Source: Candidatus Latescibacterota bacterium
Lineage (GTDB): Bacteria; Latescibacterota; UBA2968; GCA-2709665
Assembly (NCBI GenBank): GCA_965248435.1
Contig: OZ252100.1
Location: forward strand, 1,536,001-1,600,000
Length of the DNA: 64,000 nucleotides
Reading direction: 5' to 3'
The position numbers were made by a program, and so were the translations under genes. Every line of letters begins with the position of its first letter. Position 1 is the stretch's first letter. Positions 47,655-57,410 of the stretch are shown here, one piece after another. The notes below the pieces were generated by a model. That model had not been told where the DNA came from, made no database searches, and was given only the letters and a program-made list of their open reading frames with translations.

Positions 47655-48980
47655 CTAAGTCAGTTTCTTCCCGAAATTTTGGGCAAACTCGATAAAATCG
47701 AACAGTCCCACCCGACCATCTCCGTCCAGGTCGAATTGGGGATCCGCATCGGGGCGTTCGAAATTCAGAACAAATTCGAGGAAGTCCTGAAAACCGACCT
47801 CTCCATCCCCGTCAAAGTCCCCCGCCAAAGCCTGGATGGGCACCTCCCGGATCACGCTTATGGAAACCTGGTCAAAAGCGCCTGAGGGATCCATCAGTTT
47901 GATCTGAATCGTCTCCGAACCCGCCCAGTCCAGATCGGCGAAAATCCTCGCCGTCGGACCCTCCAGAATCTCCACGTTCACGCTCCCGTCCGTTAGGCCC
48001 TGCCAGACCAGCGAGCCGAGGTCATCGTCCACATCCTCGCCCCCCGCGGCGAGGCTGATCGAAACAGACGGCCCCGAAAGCGAAATCGTATCCTGCAGCA
48101 CCCCGCCCACAATCTGCGGAGGGTCGTTCACCGGTTGCACCGCGAGAGGCACCTCTGCTGTCGCGCTGATGCCACTCGGGTCCGTCGCGCTGAAGGCAAT
48201 CTGAACATCCCCGTTGAAATCTGGAGACGGTGTGAACACGACCTGGGTCGAGTCCGCGCCCGGAAACGTGACATCCACGTTGGAACCCGACCCGGTCACA
48301 TCCCAGACGATGCCCGCGGGTCCCGACTCGGCGTCCGTGGCCAGATCGAGCAGGTTCAGGACAAGGACAGAATCCTCGTCCATCTGAAACGGATCAGGGA
48401 GTTGAAAAGAAGGGGGAAGATTCCTGAACTCGAGGGGAGGGACCCCCTCAAATTCGAAGGTCAACCCATCTACGTTCGGGACCGTGTAGACGCTGACCCG
48501 CGGGATTCCGGGGTCATTGTGGAGGGCGATCTGAGAGCTGCCCGATAGACCCGCGGTCACAACCAGCCGGAGCGTGAACAGGGGCCCGGACACGACGGCA
48601 CCCGATAGGTCTGCCTCTGCGTAGTGAACGATGACGAGGCTGTCGGAATGCGCCAGGAGCGTATCCACCAGGATCTCGGAAAGCAGGCCATCGGACTCAG
48701 CGGGCTGGATGCCCGGGTCCGGTGATATATCCAGGGGTTCGAACAGCCCAGGATCGAACGCGAGGAAAAGTTCCACACCGGTGAGGACCTCGCCCTCCGA
48801 ATCCACTTCAACAACCACGTCTACCGTGTCGCCCGGAGGGGCGTAAAACAGGCTGTCGCCATCGGAGGTCAGGATCTGGAGGATAAGCGAAAGGGCGGGT
48901 TGGGGCTGAAATACGAGTACAGTGAGGAAGAAGAATAGAAAAGGGATCTGTCGCATAGCGTGCGATAGGAGGTTGCGCAT
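47655..48980 (-). CDS. Secreted protein: cohesin-like, two cadherin-like Ig domains, C-terminal dockerin-like domain
   Basis: Signal-like N-terminus; MDED...ATD.E...PDFNG...VQPVNDPP; GDFDGDGEVGFQDF...DLDGDGRVGLFDFIEFAQNFG. Confidence 0.85.
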   Translation of the reverse strand: MRNLLSHAMRQIPFLFFFLTVLVFQPQPALSLILQILTSDGDSLFYAPPGDTVDVVVEVDSEGEVLTGVELFLAFDPGLFEPLDISPDPGIQPAESDGLLSEILVDTLLAHSDSLVIVHYAEADLSGAVVSGPLFTLRLVVTAGLSGSSQIALHNDPGIPRVSVYTVPNVDGLTFEFEGVPPLEFRNLPPSFQLPDPFQMDEDSVLVLNLLDLATDAESGPAGIVWDVTGSGSNVDVTFPGADSTQVVFTPSPDFNGDVQIAFSATDPSGISATAEVPLAVQPVNDPPQIVGGVLQDTISLSGPSVSISLAAGGEDVDDDLGSLVWQGLTDGSVNVEILEGPTARIFADLDWAGSETIQIKLMDPSGAFDQVSISVIREVPIQALAGDFDGDGEVGFQDFLEFVLNFERPDADPQFDLDGDGRVGLFDFIEFAQNFGKKLT

Positions 48981-49091
48981 CGCGTCACCTGTGAGTCTGA
49001 GTGTTGGGCGAACAGGAGGACCGCACCCGGGTCAAGGGGAGCAGTCTTCTTCACATCTACAAACCGAAACCGGCGAAACTCAGCCTGGAGC

Positions 49092-52000
49092 CTATTTGAG
49101 CAGCACAGCCTTCTTCACGTCCACGAATCGACCGATGGCCACACGGTACAGGTAGACTCCGGATGCGACATAACGGCCCAGTTCATCGCGACCATCCCAC
49201 GTCGCTTGATGATACCCTGGTGGGAGCACCTCCCGCACGAGCCTGCGTACCTCCTGGCCCAGCGTATTGTAAACGATCAGCTCCACCCTGGCCACTTCGG
49301 ACACGTTAAACGGAATCGTGGTCGCCGGATTGAACGGGTTGGGCAGGTTTTGCATCAACGACGGCCGATCCGGGAGATCGGACGCGTTCCTGAACGGGAG
49401 TTCATAACCCGCGACGTAAGCGACATGTCCCGTCGCGTTCAAGACCTGTACGTTTTCGAGACGGATGCGATCCTTGAACGCTCGATCGGAGATCTTGAAG
49501 GAGAGCAGATGACCATTTCCGGACAGCCCCGCCTGCCTCCCGGACAGCACCGCTGCCACCCTGAACCTCACCTCTCCCTCACCGGCCATCTCTCTGACAA
49601 GAAATAGGGGTCGGCCATCGACCACAAGGAAATCACCAGACTGCATCCCGCTACGCGTCAGACCCGCACCAGAAGGTGCGACGAGGTCCGCAGAGAACCC
49701 CACCGTGGCCTGAGCGCCCTTAATCTTCAATTCGCCAACCAGAGGCTGCGCCCAGGAGATGGCGACCCGGGTCCCCGTGACCACAGGTTTGGCCGGAACA
49801 GCCGGACCCAATCCCTGCTCTCCGAAGTTGGACTGCAGCAGGGCGAAGTCCGCAAGCGTAACGACGCCGTCCCCGTTGAAGTCAGCACCCCAGGCCACGC
49901 TCCCGACGTCGAATCCAGAGGCACCGAAGTTGGCGGCAAGGATTCCGAAATCAGCCAGATCGGCACGGTTGTCATCGTTGGCATCCCCGGCCCGAAGCTC
50001 GGTGGACACAATTGAGCTATCCGCCGACACCCAGCGAAACGAAACCGGGCTCGAAACGCCAAGCGAATCGTTCACGACGACACTGTCCCCGGATACCCTT
50101 GCCCTCAGGTAATGAAAAGTCTTCGCGAACAACCCATACGATCCCGACGCAACCTGAAGCAGCGTAAAGCCGCCATCTGGAGCAAGGATAGTCTGAACCC
50201 CATTCTCGTTCAAGTCCAGATCGTTCGGAGGGGCGTAGGCCACGGAGTCCGGCAGGGGCGTCCCAAGAGAGTCGGTCAACGTGAGATCGAACCGGATGTC
50301 CAGATCGAGCCCGTCCGTGCGCCCCTGGAAGGAGACGCTGCCGGGCACCTTGTGATTCCTCAGAATAAGCGTACTCGGTGGAGGGATGTAGGGCAGGATC
50401 AGTGCACCGTCACTTCTCGCAGTGAGCACGGTCTGGCGGACCGAGGCGGTGTCGCTCACGACCTGGATCTGTGTCAGCGTGTCCTTGAGGGCGACGAACG
50501 TGAGATTACCGATCGGGACAGGTTCATCGGCCAGCACGGGGAGGAAGCCCAACCCGAAGTTGATCTGACCTGCTACCCCGTTGTCCAGGCCGTTCTGAAG
50601 GACCTTCGCACTCGAGGCCAGCGTGGAGTCCACGGCAAACGGTTGTAGCCCTGACGTGCCGGAATCCCCGTCAAGTAACGTAAACGCAAGGCTGTCGTAA
50701 TCCATGAAGATGGAAAGGCTCTGCACGTCGTGGCCCACAGGATTCAACCGGACGGTCGTGACGATCGTGTCCTGAATGTGGTATGGACTGTTTTCCGTGT
50801 AGACGAAATCGAAGAACGGCTGGGCCCCGGAAGAGGCGCTGGCCGTGTCGGAGGACGCGGATGCGACCTCTGCGACATTCTCTGAGACAGCGTAATAGTA
50901 GAACGCCTGATTCACTGTGGCGCTGCTGTCTATGAAACTCCGGAAGACGAACGTGCTGTCTTTCGTTTGCGCGGCACTCGTATCGAACCTTACGATCTCG
51001 GAGTAGGGTCCGGATTGTGCGGATGCCCTGAAGACCCGGTAGGAAACGATGCGGCCCGTTTCCTCATCCACCCTCGGCCGCCTCCAGGTCAGATTCACGT
51101 TCCCGCCCAGATCCCCCTGCAGGTCCTCGGCCTCCATCTTCAGCGGAGGCGCCGGCAGCTTGATCAGCGTGTCCACGTTGTTGGCGAATAGGGTCAGTCC
51201 GTTCCCGTCAGGGTCCAAAACTGCTACATCCGGTTTCCCGTCGGCGTTGACGTCGGCAGACACGGAAGCGCCTGCCCCCTGCACATCGCCAAGGGAGAAC
51301 GAGGTGGGGAAGGCCCCGTTTCCGTCGTTCACCAGAACCGTCACGTTGCCGTCGCCCCGGGGGACCAGAAGGTCCGCGTATCGATCGTGGTCGATGTCTG
51401 CCGCCTCCAACGCAGCAGCCGTATCGCCCACGGCATAGCTATTCGAAAGGCTGAACGCCCCGCTCCCGTCGTTCAAGTAGAGGGACACCTGCGAATTTTC
51501 CATCGCGACCGCAACGTCCCTGTCTCCGTCTCGATCGAAGTCTTCTGGCGCCAGGTGGACCGGGGTCGAGCCCGGAGTGACCGGGGTCTGTTGAGAGAAC
51601 GTCGCATTGCCCTGGTTGATGAGGAGCCTGAACGTCCCTTCCATACGGCTCAACACGAGCAGGTCGATCAGCCCGTTCCCGGTGAAATCTCCGGCCTCCA
51701 GCGCGTCGTGAGACGAACCGACCTGAAGCAGATCGGGGGCCTCGAAACTCCCCATGCCGTCGTTCAAGAAGATGTGCAGTCTACCCGCTGCTTCATCCGA
51801 CACGACGATATCCACATCCTGGTCGCTGTCGAAGTCGGCGAGCGCGAGGTGGGCCGCAGGCCCCCCCACGAAAAGGTCCACCGGAAGCGAGAATACCCCG
51901 GTACTGTCGTTGAATAGGATGGAGATCGTTTCTTTGATCCGATTCGCAGAGACGAGATCCAGGTCGCCGTCCAGATCCAGGTCCGTAACCGCTACGTCCA

Positions 52001-53195
52001 CAGGTCCGTCCCCGGCACGATAATCCACCCGGTCGAACAGTGCGCCCGAGGACCGCGTCAACAGGACCGAAAGCGTGTTGCTTGCGTGGTTTGCGGCGAT
52101 CAGGTCCGCCAGGCCGTCTCCATCCAGATCTGCTGAGGAAAGCCCGCGGGGGTCCGGCCCGGTGATGAGAAAGTTCACCGAATCCAGCCCGGTCTGTTTC
52201 AGGCGCTGCACGGCCGCGGTGGTCAGCCCCCGCATCCCCGCGTAGACGACATTCGGGCTGTCGGGATGGACGGCAACGGCATCGACTTCGACGGTGGGTA
52301 TATTCCTCGTCAGGTCAAACCACGTGATCCCGTTGTCGCTCGACTTGAAGACCTCACCCATGTCCGTGCCCGCATACAGGATCGAAGGGCTGCCCGGCGC
52401 GAGCCCCAGGCTGGTCATCCCGAGAGACGCCAGCCCGTTGTTGGCCGCAGACCAGGTGTTCCCACGATCTGTGCTCCGGAAGACACCGGCGTCGGTCGTC
52501 GCCGCATAGACCAGATCCGGGTTCAGCGGATTAACGACGACCTCTATGATCCGCAGACTGCCCAAACCGGTGTTGATCTGAAGCCAGGTTGTGCCCCCGT
52601 CATACGTCCTGAAGACGCCCACCGTGTCGGTCCCGACGTAAACGGTGTCGGGACCCAGGGGATTGATCGCCAGGGCCGACACGTTCACCGTATCCAGCCC
52701 CGCTTTCGCCCAGGTTGTCCCTCCGTCAAGGCTCACAACAACGCTGTCCAGAGAACCTGCGAAGACCCGGCTGGTGTCATCCGGATCGACCACGATGGCG
52801 TCCACGCGCACCCCACCCAACCCCGTCGCCACCCAGGTCGCGCCTCCATCCACACTCTTGAACACACCCCTGCTCAGCGTGCCCGCGTAGTTGACCTGTG
52901 CGCTCCTGGCGTTCACGGCGATGCTCAGTACCGTATCGACGAACGTCTGAGCCCAGGTGCTCCCCCGGTTCAGGCTGCGGAACACACCGGAATTCGTCCC
53001 GGCGAAATCGAACGCTCCGGCCAGCAGCGTATCGGGGGCCAGCGGGAGGACCTCGATGTCCAGTACACCCGTGAATCCCGTCGGGCCGTTGGAGAACCAG
53101 ACATTGGTGGTATCCGTCTGCGCCGCCCCTTTCCCGGGCCACAGCGCACCGACGAGCGCCAACGCGATCAGGAGCGACCTTGTCCGCTCAGTCAT
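49092..53195 (-). CDS. Secreted protein: BNR/Asp-box propeller, FG-GAP/VCBS propeller, Fn3-like, cohesin-like, dockerin-like, C-terminal FlgD-Ig/T9SS-type domain
   Basis: Repeated S.DGG.TW; repeated DLDGDG..DL; GDANDDNRADLADF/ADFNGDGVVTLADF; QNLPNPFNPAT...SGVYLY...KAVLLK. Confidence 0.9.
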   Translation of the reverse strand: MTERTRSLLIALALVGALWPGKGAAQTDTTNVWFSNGPTGFTGVLDIEVLPLAPDTLLAGAFDFAGTNSGVFRSLNRGSTWAQTFVDTVLSIAVNARSAQVNYAGTLSRGVFKSVDGGATWVATGLGGVRVDAIVVDPDDTSRVFAGSLDSVVVSLDGGTTWAKAGLDTVNVSALAINPLGPDTVYVGTDTVGVFRTYDGGTTWLQINTGLGSLRIIEVVVNPLNPDLVYAATTDAGVFRSTDRGNTWSAANNGLASLGMTSLGLAPGSPSILYAGTDMGEVFKSSDNGITWFDLTRNIPTVEVDAVAVHPDSPNVVYAGMRGLTTAAVQRLKQTGLDSVNFLITGPDPRGLSSADLDGDGLADLIAANHASNTLSVLLTRSSGALFDRVDYRAGDGPVDVAVTDLDLDGDLDLVSANRIKETISILFNDSTGVFSLPVDLFVGGPAAHLALADFDSDQDVDIVVSDEAAGRLHIFLNDGMGSFEAPDLLQVGSSHDALEAGDFTGNGLIDLLVLSRMEGTFRLLINQGNATFSQQTPVTPGSTPVHLAPEDFDRDGDRDVAVAMENSQVSLYLNDGSGAFSLSNSYAVGDTAAALEAADIDHDRYADLLVPRGDGNVTVLVNDGNGAFPTSFSLGDVQGAGASVSADVNADGKPDVAVLDPDGNGLTLFANNVDTLIKLPAPPLKMEAEDLQGDLGGNVNLTWRRPRVDEETGRIVSYRVFRASAQSGPYSEIVRFDTSAAQTKDSTFVFRSFIDSSATVNQAFYYYAVSENVAEVASASSDTASASSGAQPFFDFVYTENSPYHIQDTIVTTVRLNPVGHDVQSLSIFMDYDSLAFTLLDGDSGTSGLQPFAVDSTLASSAKVLQNGLDNGVAGQINFGLGFLPVLADEPVPIGNLTFVALKDTLTQIQVVSDTASVRQTVLTARSDGALILPYIPPPSTLILRNHKVPGSVSFQGRTDGLDLDIRFDLTLTDSLGTPLPDSVAYAPPNDLDLNENGVQTILAPDGGFTLLQVASGSYGLFAKTFHYLRARVSGDSVVVNDSLGVSSPVSFRWVSADSSIVSTELRAGDANDDNRADLADFGILAANFGASGFDVGSVAWGADFNGDGVVTLADFALLQSNFGEQGLGPAVPAKPVVTGTRVAISWAQPLVGELKIKGAQATVGFSADLVAPSGAGLTRSGMQSGDFLVVDGRPLFLVREMAGEGEVRFRVAAVLSGRQAGLSGNGHLLSFKISDRAFKDRIRLENVQVLNATGHVAYVAGYELPFRNASDLPDRPSLMQNLPNPFNPATTIPFNVSEVARVELIVYNTLGQEVRRLVREVLPPGYHQATWDGRDELGRYVASGVYLYRVAIGRFVDVKKAVLLK

Positions 53196-55492
53196 CGGTC
53201 CCTCTGATCTGCCATCTTGGTGGCGGTGTAATCGGACCCGAACAGCTTCGCGAACGCGAGGAAATCAAGGAAGCCGATCTCCCCGTCTTTGTCCAGATCC
53301 GATTTCTCATCGTAGAGCGTTTCTCCCGCCCGGCTCTCGAATGCAGACGTGAATCCCACAAAGTCCAGAAAGTCCACTTTACGATCCCCGTTCAGATCCC
53401 CGGGATCATCGGCGAGTTCTGCCGTCATAAAACTTTGAATGTCGGAATTACCTAGATTGCCGGCAGCGTCTGCAAAGGCGACGCGGTAGAAATAGAGGGT
53501 CTCTGGCGCCAGACCAATCTGTGTGATCGAATGTATTTTCTTAGATCCGGAGAGCGTCGCCTCCCCGAACGCAGCGGAGTCGGATAGGTCAGCCAAAAGT
53601 CCAACTCGCACGCGGCTGTCCGTGTCTTCGCTCGTCGTTCAGCCGATGGAAGCCGACGTTGCGGTGATGGCCGAAACCGAGGGGTTGGTCACGATTTCAG
53701 GAGAGGTCACATCGGGCGTGGTCGTGAATCGACGGGTCGGGCCGCTTGTCCTCGCCCCGGCCAAATCCTGGGAGACGATCTGCCAGTAGAAGGTCTCATC
53801 GTGTGGAAGACCTGGCAGCGTATGCTGACCCACAGTGAGGCCCTGAGTGTTTACCTGAAGCGTGGTCGGGCTGGCTCCAAACCGGAACTCGAAGGTGAGC
53901 GTATCGTTCAGATCCGGATCGCTCCCGATCCACGTAAACGTCAAAGGTGTAGAGACCAGCACGCTGTCGGCAGGTCCCGTATAGACCGGTGCAGCGGGGG
54001 GGTCGTTTACCTGCCTCACCTCCAGAACCACGACGGCGGAGTCGGAGGCGCCGCCAGGATCGGTCACCGTCGCATCGATCCGATAGACGCCCGAACCGCC
54101 GGCTGGCGGTGTGAGGATCACCACTGCGCCCGCGTTCGAGATCGGCGGAGTCACTGTCACCTGGACGAGACTGTCCGGGTCCTGGAATGCCCAGATCAAT
54201 GCATCGACCGGTGACTCCAGGTCTGTGGCCTGCGGCCTCAACGCAACCGCCGCAGACAGGTCTTCGTCTGTCTTCAGAATCGGAAACGGTTTGATTTCGG
54301 GCGGCGTGTTTCCCAGACCAATGGCGTTCCCTCTGGCCAGGGTCAACGTGGCCGACGCGGAAGTGATGTATTGGCTGTTGTGCAGTGGAACCTCGTTTAG
54401 CGCGCGCAGCAGCGTGTTCGTGGACAAAGGCTGAAGAATTGCAAAATCGAGTTGTGCCAGGGGCCCTTCGGCGGTTACGGAACCCTGAAACAGGACCGAA
54501 AAGTGGACGATGCCGCTCCCCGGATTCGTCCCATCCAGGATCCGGTTGACCACGATGATCGCGTTATCGGTAAAGCCCGTGCGAACCATCGGGGAGTCCG
54601 GCACGCTGGGCGCGAACACAAGATCATCATACCCGAAATAGACCTCCACACCATCAATCGTATCTCCGTTCGGATTCAGGTCCAACCTCACTGAAACCGT
54701 GTCCCCGGCGTTGGGAAAGGCCAACGAATCCAGCAGAACCAGCGAAAGGCCTGCGGCCCCGATCTGGTTCGGCGTCTCCAGTGCCTCGAGCACGACGGAG
54801 ACGAGCCCGCTTTCGAAGTCGTTACTCTCCACTTTCAATGTATCGGTCCTGGCGTCTGTCCCTTCAGGGGTATAAATCAGATCCAATTCTAGGGTCTCGG
54901 ACGGGCCCAGGCTCAAGCTGTCGCTGCTGACTTGAAACCGTGTGTCGCTCAAGGTTAGACTCGAAACACGAAGCGTGTCGCTCCCCACGTTCGCAATCTC
55001 TACCTTCTGGGTATCCGCCGCCCCGACCTGAGAACTCACGAAGGTCAGCTTCAGAGGGATCACCTCGATGTCCGGTCCCAATCCGGTCCCCTGGATCGAA
55101 ACCAGAGGTCTGGGCAAGGATGGATCTTCAAGCTCCAGATTCGTTTCGAACAGCAGTGCGTCGGTCAAAATCCCGGTCGCGATCGGCGCGAACGAAACGA
55201 GTAGGTCAACGCTGTCTCCCGGGGCCAGAGTAAATGACGTGTCTGCTACGCTGAAAACTGATTCCGACCCCGCCGCCATTTCGACGGCCGAGATCACAAG
55301 GCTTTCTGTCCCGGGATTAGAGATGTTCAGTTCCGCCTCTGCGGAGTCCCCTTGAGCCACCCCCTGAAAGTCCAGGCGCTCCGGCTGAAAGAGAATGCCC
55401 GGATCGCCCTGGGCCTTCAGCGGCCCCAGGACCAGCAGGGGCAGCATCAACCAGATGGCAGTGCCGCTTCCATTCCTCGATCCTGTTCCCAT
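53192..55492 (-). pseudogene. Secreted protein (Ig-like x2, cohesin-like, cadherin-like, Fn3-like, dockerin-like) interrupted by an in-frame TGA at 53639-53641
   Basis: Probable start MGTGSRNG after guaA; SASIG*TTSEDTDSRV continues in the same frame into ORF 53192..53611, which carries the dockerin. Confidence 0.8.
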
Positions 55493-55506
55493 GTAGCTCC
55501 AACCAC

Positions 55507-57306
55507 CTACTCCCATTCGATAGTACCGGGTGGTTTGTGAGTGACATCGTAAAACACCGCATCGACGCCGCCCGTATTCACGATTTCTTCGGCGAGCCCG
55601 GCCAGCAGGTCCAACGGAAGCTCTGAAAAACGGGCCGTCATGAAATCCGGAGTCTGTACGGGCCTGAGCACGATCGTCTCGCGCGCTCCGCCAGATGTGA
55701 GGGGTATCAGCACCGTCGGCATCTGCGAGACCTCTCTCATCTGCCCCCACGCCACCAGCGCCTTCATGGAAATCGCATCCACCTCCCGCAGGAGGTCCAG
55801 CCTCGCACGTGTGAGAAAGGCGCGCTTCGGCCTCAGATTTGGAGGCCCTCCGGGCGAGAGCAGGTAGACGAGTCGGTTGATCGACCTGACTTGATTTGTG
55901 ATTCGCGTGGAAACCGCTTCGAGCGCCTTCCAGTCCGCTTCTCCCCAAACGGCAGCCGGGTAAGCGTAAGTCCGAAAGTCTCCCTGCACACCCACGCTCT
56001 GGATCGGCAGCATCTTCAGGTCCAACCCGGCCTCCGCCGCCATGCCCCTGGCGGTCTCTTCTGCTTCGGAGAGATCCTCCTGTGGAGGCTCGCCGGTAGA
56101 ACAGAGGCACCGCACCGCCAGTCCTGGACCGGGAAACGGGTGACGCCAGACGAGCGGCTCCGGGAGACCGAGCTGAAGGCCCAATTCTCTGACCTCATCT
56201 TTGTAGAGCTGGGCAAGGGGCTCGATCACCCGTCCCGTTGCGATCAGTTCATCAATCAAATCGATTCTGTTATGGTGCGTCTTGATCCGTGCTGCGTGGT
56301 CTGTCCCACCCGATTCGATCGTATCGGGGTAAAGTGTCCCCTGTCCGAGGATCCACTGTTCCGGGTCCAGATCCATTCGCGTGAGGACCCGATCTTTGAC
56401 TTCAAGAAACGTTCGACCGATGGCCAGTCGTTTTTCCTCGGGGTCCACAAGCCCTTCCACGCTCAACAGAAAGTCGTCGACGGCGTCCTCCACGACGAGA
56501 TTGTCGAACCCTTCCTCGGTCAGGAAGTCCTTAACGGCCGCCGTCTCTTCTTTTCGCATGAATCCATTGTCGATGTGCAACCCAAGAACGCGGTCTGCCC
56601 CTAGGGCCCGGTTGAAAAGAAGGAACGAGACCGTTGAATCCACGCCGCCCGAGACGAGCAGGAAGACGTTACGGTCGCCCACCTTTTCCCGAATTTCCCG
56701 AACCGCGGTCTCCGCGTAGCTGGCCATGGTCCAGGTGCGAGGGGCGTCGCAGATCTTCAGAAAATTGTTCAGGATCTCCATGCCCTGCGGCGTATGCGTC
56801 ACCTCTGGATGAAACTGCAGGCCATAGATGTGTCGATCCGGATCGCCGACAGCCGCAGTCGGACAAGCGCTGGTCTCGCCCAGCACCCGAAACCCTTCAG
56901 GGAGGCGATCCACCACGTCTCCGTGACTCATCCAGACCACTTGAGATTCACCCAGGCCTTCCAGCAGCCCGGTACCGGATCGAATCCGGAGTTCCGCGGA
57001 GCCGTATTCCCGAATCTCACCCGGAGAAACCTCGCCGCCCAGCGTCTGACAGATCAGCTGGTGGCCGTAGCACAACCCCAGGATGGGCAGTCCCGAAACC
57101 AGGTTATCCGGATTGTAGTCAGGCTGGTCTGAATCGTAGACGCTGGCGGGACCGCCTGAGAAGATGAGCCCACGGGCCCCCTGAAGCTCGGAAGGATCGA
57201 CGGTAGGATGAAAGATTTCGGCGTAGACCTGGAGCCTTCTAATCCGGTTTGCGATCAGGTGGGCGTACTGCCCCCCGAAATCGAGGACGGCTATGCCGCT
57301 TCGCAT
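55507..57306 (-). CDS. guaA: GMP synthase (glutamine-hydrolysing), long form
   Basis: LDFGGQY, GLCYGHQ, QFHPEV, SGGVDS, IKTHHN, HPFPGPGL, KPPGTIEWE. Confidence 0.98.
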   Translation of the reverse strand: MRSGIAVLDFGGQYAHLIANRIRRLQVYAEIFHPTVDPSELQGARGLIFSGGPASVYDSDQPDYNPDNLVSGLPILGLCYGHQLICQTLGGEVSPGEIREYGSAELRIRSGTGLLEGLGESQVVWMSHGDVVDRLPEGFRVLGETSACPTAAVGDPDRHIYGLQFHPEVTHTPQGMEILNNFLKICDAPRTWTMASYAETAVREIREKVGDRNVFLLVSGGVDSTVSFLLFNRALGADRVLGLHIDNGFMRKEETAAVKDFLTEEGFDNLVVEDAVDDFLLSVEGLVDPEEKRLAIGRTFLEVKDRVLTRMDLDPEQWILGQGTLYPDTIESGGTDHAARIKTHHNRIDLIDELIATGRVIEPLAQLYKDEVRELGLQLGLPEPLVWRHPFPGPGLAVRCLCSTGEPPQEDLSEAEETARGMAAEAGLDLKMLPIQSVGVQGDFRTYAYPAAVWGEADWKALEAVSTRITNQVRSINRLVYLLSPGGPPNLRPKRAFLTRARLDLLREVDAISMKALVAWGQMREVSQMPTVLIPLTSGGARETIVLRPVQTPDFMTARFSELPLDLLAGLAEEIVNTGGVDAVFYDVTHKPPGTIEWE

Positions 57307-57410
57307 GCATGGACCTATAAAAAGAATCCAGGAGCCAGGATCCAGAACACAGCCAAACCTGTCTTCCGCGACCTGACCCCTGAATTACCACAGGCTAACC
57401 TGGTTTCCCC

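Noticed and set aside
53639-53641. Selenocysteine or alternative genetic code
   Set aside because: The position corresponds to Trp rather than Cys, no SECIS-like hairpin is evident, and TGA terminates other genes in the window
55493-56110. N-terminal 200 aa of track ORF 53639..56110
   Set aside because: Overlaps guaA in another frame; the signal-peptide-like start is at 55492
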